This document shows, piece by piece, positions 34,736-48,084 of a stretch of DNA of 64,000 bases (positions within the stretch are counted from its first letter, which is position 1; the number at the start of each line of letters is the position of its first letter). The position numbers and the translations under genes were made by a program. Under the pieces are notes generated by a model. It saw only the letters and a program-made list of their open reading frames with translations, ran no database searches and was not told the DNA's origin. Where the stretch lies: contig JBHGNT010000002.1 in assembly GCA_043228905.1 (NCBI GenBank), positions 8,680,001 through 8,744,000 on the forward strand, in the 5' to 3' direction. Source of the DNA: Azolla caroliniana. Its lineage: Eukaryota; Plantae; Polypodiophyta.

Positions 34736-37700
34736 ATGGCCAGATCCTCATGGACAGAAATGTTCAAAACCCGAACCGCATGCCTAGAGGAGTCCACGCA
34801 AACCAACCAAACCCACGATGCCGTCCCACCTAACCCGACTCAGTACCACAAAGGGTGGCTAACTCCGGAGATACTACCAAACATGAACCACCCATCGAGC
34901 CCAGGAACTAAAGCACTTCTCAACACACCCCCACTACAGGAGAGCCCAATGGCAGACCCACTCAGTGTAGAACGACATATACGAGACGCAGCGCAAGAGT
35001 TACGGGTGATAGAACACGAAATCAATCTATGGACGGTACAACTTGCGAAAGGAGGACAACCGGAAAGCACCACTCAAGATATCGAAGCCTCTTTGGCAGA
35101 AAGGAAGGATAGATTCGCACGAGTGCAACAAAAACTTCACCGCCTAGAAACATCGTCACACAGACACTGCCAAAGTCAGGAGCACAGCCCCGTACTGCGT
35201 TCGAGCACAACGGGCGATAGCTCGAACGAAACCTGCGCACAACGACACCCGACACCACCACGCATGGGCACAATCCCTACACCTGACCAAGCTACCCCTA
35301 GACCTCCAAACGCTGAACTCGCACTAGCGCTACAATCCATCCAAACTCTCGTAGCATTGATGGAAAAAGAGCGAGCACTCACAAACCATCAGAGAAACCT
35401 CACAAATGACAGCGGGAAGAGTGCTTCCATTTCTAAACTAGTACCTCATTTCCTCGGTTTCGACGATGCCTATGACCATGTCGAGAGGTTCAAATAGATT
35501 TGCCGCGCTTATGAACCCCTCACAGAGATCACCAAGGTAGCCGCGTTTGGACTCACACTTGATGACCAAGCCGGAATCTAGTTTCGAACCTTAAATGAAG
35601 ACATCACCGCCGATTTCGAGTATGTCATTGAGGGTTTCTTGATAAACTTCGTTCGCAGAGGGAATAAATGGAACCCGATTGACCAACTTTTCGCCCTCAA
35701 ACAAGAAGCGAACGAAACGGTCAGGGACTACATACGTTGCACGAAAAGCCTGCATCATCGTTGTAGTCCGAACGACAAGATGTCGGATGACAAGTTGATG
35801 AGCCGTTTCATTAATGGGTTGTTTGATACGACACTCCAAAATTTCCTGATTGCCAGGATGTGTCGATCATTCGTTGAAGCCTGCACAATAGTGATGACCT
35901 TTGAAGATTCAATGAGTGGATTACAAATACCCACTCACGCACCCACAAACAACCGCGAGAAATCCTCCGACTCCACCCCTGCTCTACCCACACCACCGCG
36001 AACACCCCGTATAGAAAGACCCCAAGCATACGCCCAACGAGAAAATGTAAGGTGCACGGTATGTAACAGACACCACACGGGACATGAGTGTCCCCTCCTT
36101 CATCAACGATGGCTGCAATACTGTAAGTGGTGCAAAGCTTTCGTAATGCATACGCAAGAGAACTGCTGGCAAGCCCCCACTGGAAGGTACGACCAAACGC
36201 CAATGGTGGAACACCCACGCTCTCCCCCACCACTTAGCCGTCCACCACTACCAGCGATACTCCCTCAACAACCCCCACTACCGCGCATCGACGCCCGCCT
36301 CACTCAACTGGAGTATACCACAAATAACCAAACCCAGGTCGGAGCAAGCACCCTCGAATATGAAGACCCGTACCGGGAGTATGGCATTGAAGAAGAGGTG
36401 TTGTCCCATTTCGTGGATTTTGAAGGCAACCAAATACCAATGTACGTCCTGAGAGGGGAACAACGTGGACCCCCTATGGGATACCGTAACAACAATGGTC
36501 TAAGGAGGTCAGAATTGAAATGCTTCAATTGCCAAGACCCACATATGGTTAGCGAGTGCCCAACCAAACATGAGTACTACAACCGGATGGCCCAACGACC
36601 ACGACACCTCCCACTCGACACGCCTCCGCAACCACTGGTGCAAGGATCCACCCAATAGTCGCAAGACCTCATCGAATGGTTTCAAAGAGAAGCATCATGC
36701 CCAGGGTGCGGTAAAGAACACCTAGTACCTGATTGCCCGGAAAAGAAGAAAAGGGTCGGCACAAATCTGTTGTCCATTGTACCATCCACGATCGGTGCCA
36801 ATGTCATCACACGAGCCCAATGAGTAGCGCACAATTTAAAATACCAATATCAAGGTCTCCCCGTGACCGCATGTAAGAGATGCAAATCTAGAAAGAATAA
36901 TTCCACGCAGACCTCAAAACAAGATCAAGAACCGGAGGGAGACACAGAAACATTACCTGTCAATCCGAATCAAGAACTGTCGGCGCACCTAGCGGCATAC
37001 CCAAAATCCAGTAGTTGAGAAACAAAAAGTAGAAGAATACATCAAACTCATACACCACGAACAGTTTGAAAAATCACTTAGCCTCCCCAGCTTAAACTTC
37101 GACCAACTAGAAGAATGGGTAAACCCCTCACCTCCCCCCTGTCGTCACACCAACCGACACCCCCATTGGCCATCCTACCCCGATCAAAGAGGTCAACACA
37201 ACTCTACTCCAACAAATCTTAAATTTAAGATTGCGACTCACATTACGTGAAGTGCAGAGCTACATTGGCACCTTCACCACCGACAACCCCCTGCTACGAC
37301 CTCTACTCGCCAAGGAAATAGAGTTCACGCTCGAAGAACTACTCAAACTCGACGTTCAACCGTGGCACGACGTCCTTCGATGCCTCAATGGTGGCCTATC
37401 GGCGGGATATGGTGAAGGGATACACACCTACACTCCTCACACGTCCACAGTCCTCAAACAACCCGAAGGACCGCTAGTCGACGTCCACGAAGCCCACTTC
37501 GAGAGCGATGACACTAGTTTCACTCTACCAGTCTGCGTCAATGGTAAGACGTGTGACGCCATCATTGACACCGGAGCAGGGGTAAGTATCGTCAGTTACG
37601 AATGTTGGTGTAAGTGGGGGAGCCCAAGAATGCTGCCTTCCGATGTCAAACTACGAATGGCAGACGGGTCCATCCAAAGACCGGAAGGCATGATTCCTAC

Positions 37701-39271
37701 GCATCACTTCACTATCCACGGAGTCGAGTTCAATCTCACCTTTGTCGTCCCAAGATCGTCCAACCATGTAGCCTACGAGTGCTTACTAGGAAGACCATTC
37801 CTACGTATAGGCCGCCTGGTAATGGATTTTGGGACCGATATAATCTATATGCGAAAGGACAACAAAACCTTTCGCATCAAAGCATACACACAAAAAGTGC
37901 ATGAACAAGAAGGTAGCCCTCTCGTAGACAATTGGTCAGAAACCACTGAGTTCGAGATCAACCTCCTAGCGTGCAACCCCACAAAGACAGTTCAACTCTT
38001 GACTAGAGTCCAACACTTTCCTCAAAGCCTCGCCACTTCCAAAGAGGAGAACGCACGTGAGAGAGACAACCAATCCGTCGCCTCCGAGACGTCAGAAATG
38101 AATTGGGTGCAGGCTCTCACCACAACCGACGCAATGTACCCTATAGGCACAAGTGTTGTGACGAGAACGGAGAAACAATCTCATGCTTCAACGTCACCAC
38201 CCTAGGACCTCGGCGAAAAGACGTAGACGTAAAGGACGAAAAACTGGTACAACGAGTCACACGTCCAGGTGACGTCACGACCACTCAGGAGGCTATGATG
38301 GAAGCGGACTTCCCAGAGCATTTCAAACTCTATGAACAAGGGAGTAGGGCGGTGGCTTGTAAGAGACCGCAACACAACCCCCAAGGCCTAGGAGAAGTCT
38401 ATGATGGACCAACAAGGGTGAAAGAAATCAACCTCGGGAAAGGGGCAGACTCCAAACCGGTGTTCATAGCTACAGATCTCCAGCCCGACGAGGAGGCGTC
38501 CTTGATCACTCTCCTCACGGAATTTAGCGACGTGTTTGCATGGTCGTACGTCGACATGAAGGGAGTCCCAGCTGAGGTCGTCACACATAGTATCCCCATG
38601 CGAACCGACGCCCGCCCAATCCGGCAAAGGCCACGTCCAATGAACCCTAACTACGCCCAACAAGTGAAAGCCGAAATCAACAAAATGTTGGCTGTAGGCA
38701 TTATCTACCCAATCGAATGAACTACTTGGGTCTCCCCAATTGTCGTCGTCCCAAAGAAAAACGGCCAGATCCGCATATGTGTAAACTACTGCCAAGTTAA
38801 CGAAGCCACTATCAAGGACAATTACCCGGTACCCTACATTGAACATTTACTCGAAAGGACTGCGGGAGCAGAAGGGTATAGCTTCATCGACGGGTTCTCC
38901 GGGTACAACCAAATCTCGGTGGTCCCTGAGGATCAACACAAGACAGCTTTTGCCACGGAATTTGGTACGTTCGCGTATAAACAGATGCCTTTCGGACTCA
39001 CGAGCACCGTGAGCACCTACCAAAGAGCGGCGGACCATATCTTTGCCACAAGGTTACGACAAGGGGTGGAGTCTTATGTCGAAGACTTATGTTGCAATTC
39101 GAAATGGCATGACCACTCGGGGCTACTCCGTTTGAAGTTCGAAAAATGCAGAACCTATCAACTCTCTCTCAACCCGCTCAAGTGTCAGTTTTGGGTCAAG
39201 CATGAAATAATATTAGGACACGTCGTGTTCCGCCACGTGATCTCGACCGATGAGGCAAAAGTAAAACTCAT
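34736..39271 (+). pseudogene. gag, protease and RT of element B (disrupted)
   Basis: Gag LKQEANETVRDY and CCHC knuckles (CFNCQDPHMVSEC), protease IIDTGAG, RT DVFAWSYVDMKG..KTAFATEFG..MPFGL. Stops and frameshifts present. Confidence 0.9.
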
Positions 39272-39728
39272 TGTTACCCGGACCCGGACAGTCAGTTTTA
39301 CCGAACAAGTGGGAAAGCGTTGAAAACGGAGTCGGTTCGGATCGACTGTTCGGATCAATGACTCAGCAGTAAACGAAGAGAACTAAGTTAGTTAGATAAT
39401 TTTGTAATTCTTGATAGTAAGTAGGAATAGTTCTTGATGAGAAAAGACCTTCGGTATACCTATAAAAGGGAACCGAAGGCATTGTAAGAAAGGTCGTTTT
39501 ATTTAGTAATATAAGTTTAAGTTAGGAATATCCTGTACGGATTCTGTGTTCTTTCTATTGTCTATGTTGTTAAGTGCAAGCTTCCTAATTTATAACTAAG
39601 TAACGATCACGGTAATTACCGATTAATATAGTATAATTCCATTCGTAAAACACAATTCCTTGTTAGAACGTTGAGTAGCGACGTTCACTCTTCTGTATCG
39701 GTAGTAGTTAGTAATTAGCCGATTAACA
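39272..39728 (+). repeat. 5' LTR of element C
   Basis: TGTTACCCGG...GATTAACA, with a TATAAAA box at 39461. Confidence 0.97.
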
Positions 39729-39739
39729 CAGAAGAATTT

Positions 39740-39752
39740 TGGCACGCCCGGT
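39740..39752 (+). promoter_or_regulatory. PBS of element C (probably tRNA-Arg type)
   Basis: TGGCACGCCCGGT, 11 nt after the LTR. The tRNA identity is from memory of Tat-type PBSs. Confidence 0.75.
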
Positions 39753-39787
39753 TACACCTGCAATTAAGCAGAGAACAAATCGAATGG

Positions 39788-42700
39788 ATGTCGTATAAAG
39801 AGGAGACACCGGTCAGTTGTAAGCGCCCTCGTACAAGGTTAGTTACGAAGGCAGTGCAGGAAGCGTTCATTGCGCAAGAACAGCCGGAATCAAGCACAAA
39901 GTGGTCGAAACTTCCTGACTTATCCGATCAATTACCTTCAGACGAAAAACAGACAGAAGAGGTATCGTTTTACGACATTTGGGACGATATGCCTTATACT
40001 TATTCTAAGTTCCGGGAAGGAACAGATGCGGAAGCACATTATAGGGATTTCTTAACGACATGGGAGATTAACCATGGAGCTTAGCGATTGTCGGCAGATG
40101 CCGAAGATAAGTCAAAAATCGCTGAGTTCGTCTTATCATTAGACGGATATTCTGCCAATTGGTTTGCGCAGAACGGTCTTCAAGGATTTCCATCCTTTGA
40201 AGTGTTAACTAGTAAATTTTTACAATTATTTCATCAACAAATTCCGCAGAAGGATTTGATTGCGCAATTTTATGCGTTATATCAAGAAAAAAATGAAACA
40301 GTATCTCAGTTTGTGATACGATTTCAGAACTTACAGCTTCAGATTTCAAGGCCGATTCCGGATAATGAATTAAAAGAAGTCTTTCTGGAAGCTGTAAAAG
40401 AACCATTAAGGACGACATTGAAAGTGTTCGATTTTCGAAATCAGACTATCGAACAAGTAATTGATAAAGCAATAGAAATGGGTCGACCACCGGTCAATGT
40501 TCAGAGTATGGACATGTCGGCATTACACCGTACATTACCGACAATAGAGGAGTTACAATTTCGACAAGCAGTTCAATGCACCACTTGTTTAAATACGGGG
40601 CATTCGGCAATTGAATGTACGTTAAGAACACATTGTACAATATGTCATTCAAAATTACATTCAGTAGAACAATGTGAATATAATCTGCTTAATAAGACTA
40701 CGGCGTCAGTATGACAAATTTTTACTGACAATGGTTACCAAAATAACACTAATCTGTTCAATGGTTATCAAAATAATAATTTTTCACAAAATCAGCAAAA
40801 TGTACAACAAAATCCGGTTCTACAGCCGAATCAGATCTTTTCACAACAAAATATGCAACCCACTCAAGTGACTCAAGCATTTCAACCAGGTTTTGCTCAA
40901 TCCAACCCACCATTCGTACAGAATCCGAATCAATATTTTCAACAAAATAATCAAAGTTTCCAACAAGGTAACCCACCATTTCAAGGGTTTCAACAGAACT
41001 GTCCGAATGTGCAACCGAATTCTACATTTCAACCAAATCCGACATTTCAACCGGGTAATATGACCTTTCAACATAATACTCAAACCGTTCCACAAAATAA
41101 TCAAATGTTTCAACAGAATAATTTTCCGCCAAATCAGGAGTTCGGGATAACACAAAATGTAGCACAACCAAATGATAATACTGAACAATTTAGGCAGAAT
41201 CGGTATAAAAACAAGAGATTTTACAAACCAAAAGCTACACGTCAATACCAACAAAACCCGAGGGGTAATGAAGAGCAGCAATTTAATAACGGCCAATTTG
41301 CACATGGAGAGACCAGTGCAACATTTGTACCCACTTGTTATATTTGTCGACAACTAGGCCATTATGCTAATCAATGTCCGGTTAAAGGAAAGGGTCCAGC
41401 AGTTAATATGGTAATACCGGAAGTTCAGCAAGTAACGATACGCAGCAAAAGCAAACAATCAGAGTGGGAAATTCAGGAAGAAGTTCGGAAGGCGGCAAAA
41501 GAATGGGTTGACGAAGCAAATCAAAGTAATGTGAATCGAATGTTACAAGACAATAACATTGACTAGAACATCGCTGTACAACAGTCATTGGGGAATAAGG
41601 AACAGGAAGAAACTTGGAAACTGTTGGCTGATTGCCAAGTGTCATTGCCACTTACGGGCTTACTTAAGTTAGTACCAAGGTTTACAGAAAAAGTGGCAGC
41701 ATTAATTGCATATAAAGATTCCGAACAAATAGCAGTACACTACAATCAGCCAAGTAATAACCCTTCGATCATGGATGAACAGAATCCGTCGATTAAGGTA
41801 ATACTTTACGGGCAAGAAATCAGAAATGTGATTATAGATGGAGGCTCGGGAGTTAATGTGATTAACAAAGCTACATGTGAAAAACTGGGAATCACGGAAT
41901 GGGAAGCATGTCCGTTTTGGTTACGAATGGCAGATACAAGTACGGTACGCCCGATTGGTTTGCTTCGACAACTGGATGTAATAATCGGGGGACACAGTTT
42001 TCAGATTTCGGCAGTAATTTTGCAGTTAGAAACACAGGGAGCATACCCCTTGTTATTGGGGAGACCATGGTTAAAGACAGCTAATATTAAACAAAATTGG
42101 AAACAAAATGTGCTAACATTTAGGAAAGGAAAAACTAAGGTCAGGATTCTGACGCACAACAAAGTGACAACAAGCAAACAGAGTTTACCTATACATGCAG
42201 AAGCAGTTAATATGATGGAAGGATTGGACGAGGAAGAAGAAAGTCAGTATTTCAATGATAATCAGAAAATCATCCCTCTATTTGAGGTAGATATTTTGCA
42301 AGCATTAACACCATATGTAGACTCACACGAAGAAGTGCCAATAGATGAGCAAACAATGAAAGAAATACGAATGCAACAAGAAGCTACAAATAAGGAAATG
42401 AAGGTATCTCAGAGAGTGCAAGCCTCAGCATTGGAGGAGATCGATTTGGTAGGAGTAGAGGATGCTGAAAGAAAAACAGTCTTGATTGCTAGAGATTTGG
42501 CGGAAAATGACAAACAGACATTAACAACATTACTATTACAATATAAAGATGTTTTTGCATGGTCGTTTGACGATATGAAAGGTCTGGATCCCGCTTTTTG
42601 TCAACATCAAATCAATTTGCATAAAGATGCAAAGCCAGTACAACAACGCAGGTACAGGTTGAATCCGAATTATGCTATCAAAGTAAAAGAAGAAATCGAT

Positions 42701-45278
42701 AAACTCTTAAAAGTAGGATTTATTCGACCCGTCAAAAAATCAACATGGCTGAGTCCGATAGTAGTAGTCCCGAAAAAGAATGGGAAAATTCGCGTATGTG
42801 TGGATTACAGAAAATTGAATGCAGCGACAATTACGGATGCGTTTCCGTTGCCATTCACAGATGGGATATTAGATGCAGTAGCGGGACATGAAATTTATAG
42901 TTTCTTGGATGGGTTCAGTGGGTACAACCAAGTACGGATGAATCCGGAAGATCAGGAAAAGACAGCTTTCGTCACAGAATGGGGTGTCTTTGTGGCAGTA
43001 GTAATGATGTTCGGTTTAAAAACAGCTCCAGCTACATTTCAGCGGGTAATACAAGAAATATTCGGGGAATATATTCCAGCTTTCATGCAGGTGTTTTTAG
43101 ATGATTTTGCGGTATATAGTCAGAAAGTTGATCATTTTGAGCATTTACGGCTATGTTTAGAAAAATGTCGAAAAGGGCGTCTTAGCTTAAATCCAGCCAA
43201 ATGCGCATTCGGAGTAATGAGTGGTACGTTACTTGGGCATATTGTCAGTCAAGAAGGGATTGCAGTGGACCCAGACAAAGTTAAAGCAATTATTGAGGCA
43301 ACACCACCAACAAATGCTAAAGCTCTAAGTAGATTTTTGGGTCAAATTCGGTGGCACAGTAGAATGATGAGATATCTAGCAGACATTGCTATTCCGTTAC
43401 ACACAGCAGTACACAAAGTTCCTTTTATATGGACAAGTATAGAACAAGATGCATACGAATGCCTCAAGAAGATGCTGACGAAGGTTCCGGTAGTTCAACC
43501 ACCGGACTGGAACAAACCATTTCATGTTTTCGTCGATGCGTCGGACATTGCCATAGGCAGTGCTTTAATGCAATTATCCGAACCAAACTGGTATAGGCCG
43601 GTATACTATGCCAGTAGGAAACTTTCGTCGGCCGAAAGAAACTATTCAACAACCGAAAGAGAAGCTTTGGGAATGATATATAGTGAACAAATTTCGACAT
43701 TACCTTTTGGGTAAGAAATTTACATTTCATGTGGATCATTCGGCTCTACTGTATCTAGTTTCCAAACAAGAATTGACAGGCAAGTTAGCCAGATGGACGT
43801 TATTGCTTCAAGAGTTTGAATTCGACATTATACATCGACCAGGAGCACAGCACGCGATTGCTGACTATCTCAGTCGGCTTGAGTCTGGAGAAGAAGCGGT
43901 TGGGGTTAAAGATGATTTTCCACATACTCAATTATTTCGGGTTGAGGCAGTAAAAGCACAAGAAGTGAATGAGGAAAAAGAGGATGAATGGATTTCCGAA
44001 ATGACGATATTTCTATCAACAGGAATTCCGGCCGAACACATGTCGACAGATGAAAGAAAAAGAATTGCAGTACGAAGTCGAAATTTTTGTTTATTTAATG
44101 ACATGTTGTATCATAAAGGAGCGGATGGAATATGGCGAAGGGCAGTACGGAAATTTGAAAAATCAGCCATATTAACAGAGTCACATTGTGGAATTGCTGG
44201 CGGTCATTACGCAGGAGAAGCAACAGCCAGAAAAATATGGAATAGCGGGTTATGGTGGCCAACGGTGATGAAAGATGCTAACGAATACTGTAAGAAATGC
44301 GATTTGTGTCAAAGAATGGGGCAACCGATCGAAAAGGATCGAATGCCTTTTCAACCGGTTTTACCTCTTGAGCCATTTCAGAAATGGGGCTTAGATTTTG
44401 TTGGCCCATTCAAACCAGCAGCTGCAAGAACCGGTAATCGATATATCATAATTGCGACTGACTATTGCACAAAATGGGTTGAAGCAAAAGCTCTCAGGGA
44501 CAATACAGCAGCATCCACAGCAAAATTCCTGTATGAAAATATATGGTGTCGATTTGGTTGCCCAATAGAATTGGTAAGCGATCAAGGCACTCATTTTATT
44601 AACAAGTTAATTAACGAATTAACCAATTACTATGCCGTAGTTCATAAGAAAAGTACGCCTTACTATCCCCAAGCTAATGGATTGGCAGAATCGACAAATA
44701 AAACAATTCAAACAATTTTAAAGAAGATAGTGAATGAAAATCGTACTGATTGGGATCAAAAGTTAAATAGTGCATTATGGGCATATCGTACTTCGTACAA
44801 ATCATCCATTAAATCAACACCTTTCCGAATGGCATTCGGACTTGAAGCCGTTATGCCGATCGAATTTCAAATTCCAACACTTCGTATCCAAGCGATGAAT
44901 AAGTTAAATGAAATAGAATCGGAGCAGATACGCAAAGAGGCTTTATTAGTATTAGAAGAAGAACGGATTCAATCAATGTCAGCACTAGAACACAAGCAGA
45001 GACAAATCAAGGCATTCGTAAATTGACATCGAAGGAAATCGGAAGAGCAATTCGAAATTGGGAAATCGGTATTGGTATTCCAGACGAGAATGGGACTTAT
45101 GCCTGGGAAACTCCGGTATAGATGGACAGGTCCAGTATGGATAATTAATAGTAAAAATGGTACGTATCAGCTGGGATCATTAACCGGAGAGGTTTTACCG
45201 AAATGGGTAAATGGATTCCGGCTTAAACCGTATTTGGGAGATATGCCGGTGAATCCGTTTATTCAAACGGAAGAGTAA
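39788..45278 (+). pseudogene. gag-pol of element C (Gag with 3 CCHC knuckles and a Q/N-rich tract, PR, RT, RH, INT)
   Basis: A single frame from 39788 to about 43683 is broken by stops at 40082, 40712 and 41564; there is a frameshift near 43683 and a stop at 45024. Motifs IIDGGSG, FLDDF, VDASD..ERE, GHY..C..C, LDFVGP, SDQG, QANGLAE. Confidence 0.95.
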
Positions 45279-45583
45279 AAAAAAATAAAAAAAATAAAAA
45301 GAATATAAAAAAAATAAAAATAAAAAAATAAAAAAAAACTAACTAACTCACTCAATAGTTCTTGTCAAATGCAAAAATACAATCTTGCCATAACAGTCTG
45401 AATCGACTATAAATAGAAAGAGGAATTGCATGATTATTAAAACGAGTGCAGATATCGAAACAGTCTGAGCCTTCGTGCCCTAGTTCGCCCAAACTCTGTT
45501 TTTCTGATTTTCATCGCTACAGAAGCTGTGCAGATCTCCAACCGTCATCGACAAGTGATTCAGAACAAGCAAACACAGAAGTC

Positions 45584-48040
45584 ATGCCGATTCCTGTGTC
45601 TGAAGAACTGCGACTATGGCTTCATGAGAGAAACTTACAAGGTTTCATCAAAGTAGCAGAAGCGGAACCTCATCCGCAGGCGGAAGAATTGGTACAACAG
45701 TTAGACATCACCAAGGTCACCACAAAGAAAATACGAAATGCATTACAGATGCCAAGAGGAGGCTTTGAGGCAGTTAAAAAACCTTCATCAGAAGCACTCC
45801 AATTGTATTTCGGGGAATACTCACCCTCGGCAAAAGCATATCAGACTTATGGAGGTCGGGATGAGTTTTTCCATGAAGTGGCTAGATTTTTACTAGAGGT
45901 GGGATTTGTCAGTCCCCGTTTTTATTGTATGCCGAAAAAAAGGGCTGGGTTTATCATAGCCGCATACGAAAAGGAGGATTTCAACTGGCCACTATTGTCG
46001 GGGGAAGCTCTGAGAGAGCAGCTACAAGGGGTGAAAACAGGAAAACCAATGAAGCAAATTTTTGGTCGTTGGCTATCGGTATTGTTTCCGATTCAAGAAT
46101 CGGAAATTCCTGTTCAGTCAAGAAGACCACCGATAGTACAAGCACCGCGAAGACACCGACAGGTAGTACATGAAGAATGGATAGAGGAAGAATCGGCACA
46201 TGCCGATAATATACAAACGGATACGCCTCAGTCGGAACCACCAAGACCAGAGAATTCCGAAAACCGGCAACCAGCAGCCGAACAAGAAACAGTTGACCAT
46301 TTGATAAACAAGCAGCAGCCGACAGAAAATCGACAACAACCAGAGAAGATGCGACAAAGGACAAGGGTTAAACAAAAGGCTAATAGGCAATTCCAACCAG
46401 AAAACAGTGATGGGTCAGCACCGAAAAGGCAACGCACAAAGGAAAATTCGAATACGCTTGTAGTAGCAGAAGTAATAAAACCAGGGAATGAGAGCGTTTC
46501 GACACAACCTCAACAAGGCCAATCTTCAAAAGTAGCAATTCGGGAAGCACATGGGTACTTGGATATTCCACCAGTAGCACATGAATTAGCTGCCATTTTA
46601 CAGTTCGGAACTTCATACGAACTGGTTGAATGGTTGGCTAAAAGATTGACAGAAGTATCAGAACGGCTGGCTCAAGAACATAATGACCGAATAATGATAC
46701 AGAAAGCCTTACGAGGAGTGTTGGAACCTCAAGAAAAAGCAGAGATAGAGAAAATCGGCCGGAAAAGAAGTGCACAGAATAGAGGGGAGGCTATTGAAAT
46801 GCCACCATTACATGAAGCACTGGTCGAAATTCATAAAGAATATGAAACGGCACGCAAAGCAGCCAGTGATATGGCTGAAAGATACAAAAGTGTATCAGCA
46901 TCGGCGGAGGTGCTGAAACATCAGTTTTGTAACATACATGCAGAAAATAAAGAACTAAAAGAAAGTCTAAACAAATGGGAAACGCAGGCACGGCTTATGG
47001 CGTCGGAGTCAGAATGGCAGCAGAAATTGGAGGATGCTGAGAAAGTACGACAAGCAGAAACAACAAGGGCCAACAATTCTGTATTTCGAACTACAGAATT
47101 AGAAAAACAAATAGAAACCATTCAGAATGGCCAATACAAAGTTCTCGAAGAAAAAAATCAATTAATAAACGAATTACAGAAAAATCTGGAAGAAGCTAAG
47201 ACGGCCAATCATACATATACCGAACAAATTGAAGAATTCGAAAGGTATATAGTGTCACAGGAAAGTCAATTGACAGAAAAAGAGCGGAGTCTTGAAGAAG
47301 TCAACAGAAGAATTACGGAACACCAGGAGGAATGGAGCAAAGAGAAATCGACATTCGAACAACAACTAAACGAAATTCGGAAGATATCGGAACAAAGGCG
47401 GCTGGACATATATGTAGTCGAATCCAAATTAATGCGGGCTGAAAGTGAAAACCGAGCCACTATTACGGATTTACGGAAAGAGTTGCAAGCCACTCAATTC
47501 GTCGCAAGCATCACTAGGGACAAAGTGCAGCGCATCATAGGGAAACATCGAAACCTAGCAAAGGAAATGATCAATGAATCCCTTGCGCAAGGATGGAAGT
47601 TATGGACGGCACAAGCGGCGGAATTACAGTTATTGCGTGCCGACAAAAATAACCGTCAGGTCCAAGGTGCAGGTTTTTTTAAAATAGCACAAAAGGATAT
47701 TGACAATATCCAAGAGGATATCATGAAAGATATGGACGAAATTGCGGCATTTTACAGAGAAGAAATTCAACGTATTATGCAAGAATTGGACAAACATGAT
47801 ATAGGCACTTCCGTTCAGTTGGATAAAATTGAAGCTGAAAGAACCAGCAACACTCCTGGTCTTCAAACTCCTGGAAGAAGTGAACCAGAGCAGCCAACCG
47901 AATCACAACATTCAAAACCTGCTCCGAATGACGACTGTGACACAGAAGAAGAGGAAGATATAGAGGGAATACATCCAAGGCCAGAAGAGCCTTCGATTTT
48001 TGATATTCTGAACGATTCGGATGAAGAGCTACAAGAATAG
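45584..48040 (+). CDS. Extra ORF3 of element C, about 818 aa, intact: globular N-terminus, disordered linker, long coiled coil, acidic tail
   Basis: The frame is open from 45446. TATAAATA at 45408 lies upstream. It is homologous to the decayed ORF at 1238-4302. No evident TM helix. Confidence 0.85.
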   Translation: MPIPVSEELRLWLHERNLQGFIKVAEAEPHPQAEELVQQLDITKVTTKKIRNALQMPRGGFEAVKKPSSEALQLYFGEYSPSAKAYQTYGGRDEFFHEVARFLLEVGFVSPRFYCMPKKRAGFIIAAYEKEDFNWPLLSGEALREQLQGVKTGKPMKQIFGRWLSVLFPIQESEIPVQSRRPPIVQAPRRHRQVVHEEWIEEESAHADNIQTDTPQSEPPRPENSENRQPAAEQETVDHLINKQQPTENRQQPEKMRQRTRVKQKANRQFQPENSDGSAPKRQRTKENSNTLVVAEVIKPGNESVSTQPQQGQSSKVAIREAHGYLDIPPVAHELAAILQFGTSYELVEWLAKRLTEVSERLAQEHNDRIMIQKALRGVLEPQEKAEIEKIGRKRSAQNRGEAIEMPPLHEALVEIHKEYETARKAASDMAERYKSVSASAEVLKHQFCNIHAENKELKESLNKWETQARLMASESEWQQKLEDAEKVRQAETTRANNSVFRTTELEKQIETIQNGQYKVLEEKNQLINELQKNLEEAKTANHTYTEQIEEFERYIVSQESQLTEKERSLEEVNRRITEHQEEWSKEKSTFEQQLNEIRKISEQRRLDIYVVESKLMRAESENRATITDLRKELQATQFVASITRDKVQRIIGKHRNLAKEMINESLAQGWKLWTAQAAELQLLRADKNNRQVQGAGFFKIAQKDIDNIQEDIMKDMDEIAAFYREEIQRIMQELDKHDIGTSVQLDKIEAERTSNTPGLQTPGRSEPEQPTESQHSKPAPNDDCDTEEEEDIEGIHPRPEEPSIFDILNDSDEELQE

Positions 48041-48082
48041 GCGTGGGTTCGCTGGACAAGGTCCTGGCCCACGGACGTGCCA
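48041..48082 (+). other. tRNA-3'-half-like hairpin ending in CCA at the PPT position (inverted PBS)
   Basis: GCGTGGGTTCG-CTGGACAAGGTCCTG-GCCCACGGACGTGCCA, then AG, then the LTR TG at 48085. Confidence 0.8.
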
Positions 48083-48084
48083 AG

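Noticed and set aside
41564-41566. Programmed stop-codon readthrough between gag and pol
   Set aside because: Two other in-frame stops in gag look like C-to-T decay and no readthrough context is evident. It cannot be distinguished without other copies.
45446-48040. env gene
   Set aside because: No signal peptide or transmembrane segment is visible.
48041-48082. A genuine tRNA gene
   Set aside because: Only a T-arm/acceptor-3' like half is present, with an inserted hairpin and encoded CCA; there is no D or anticodon arm.
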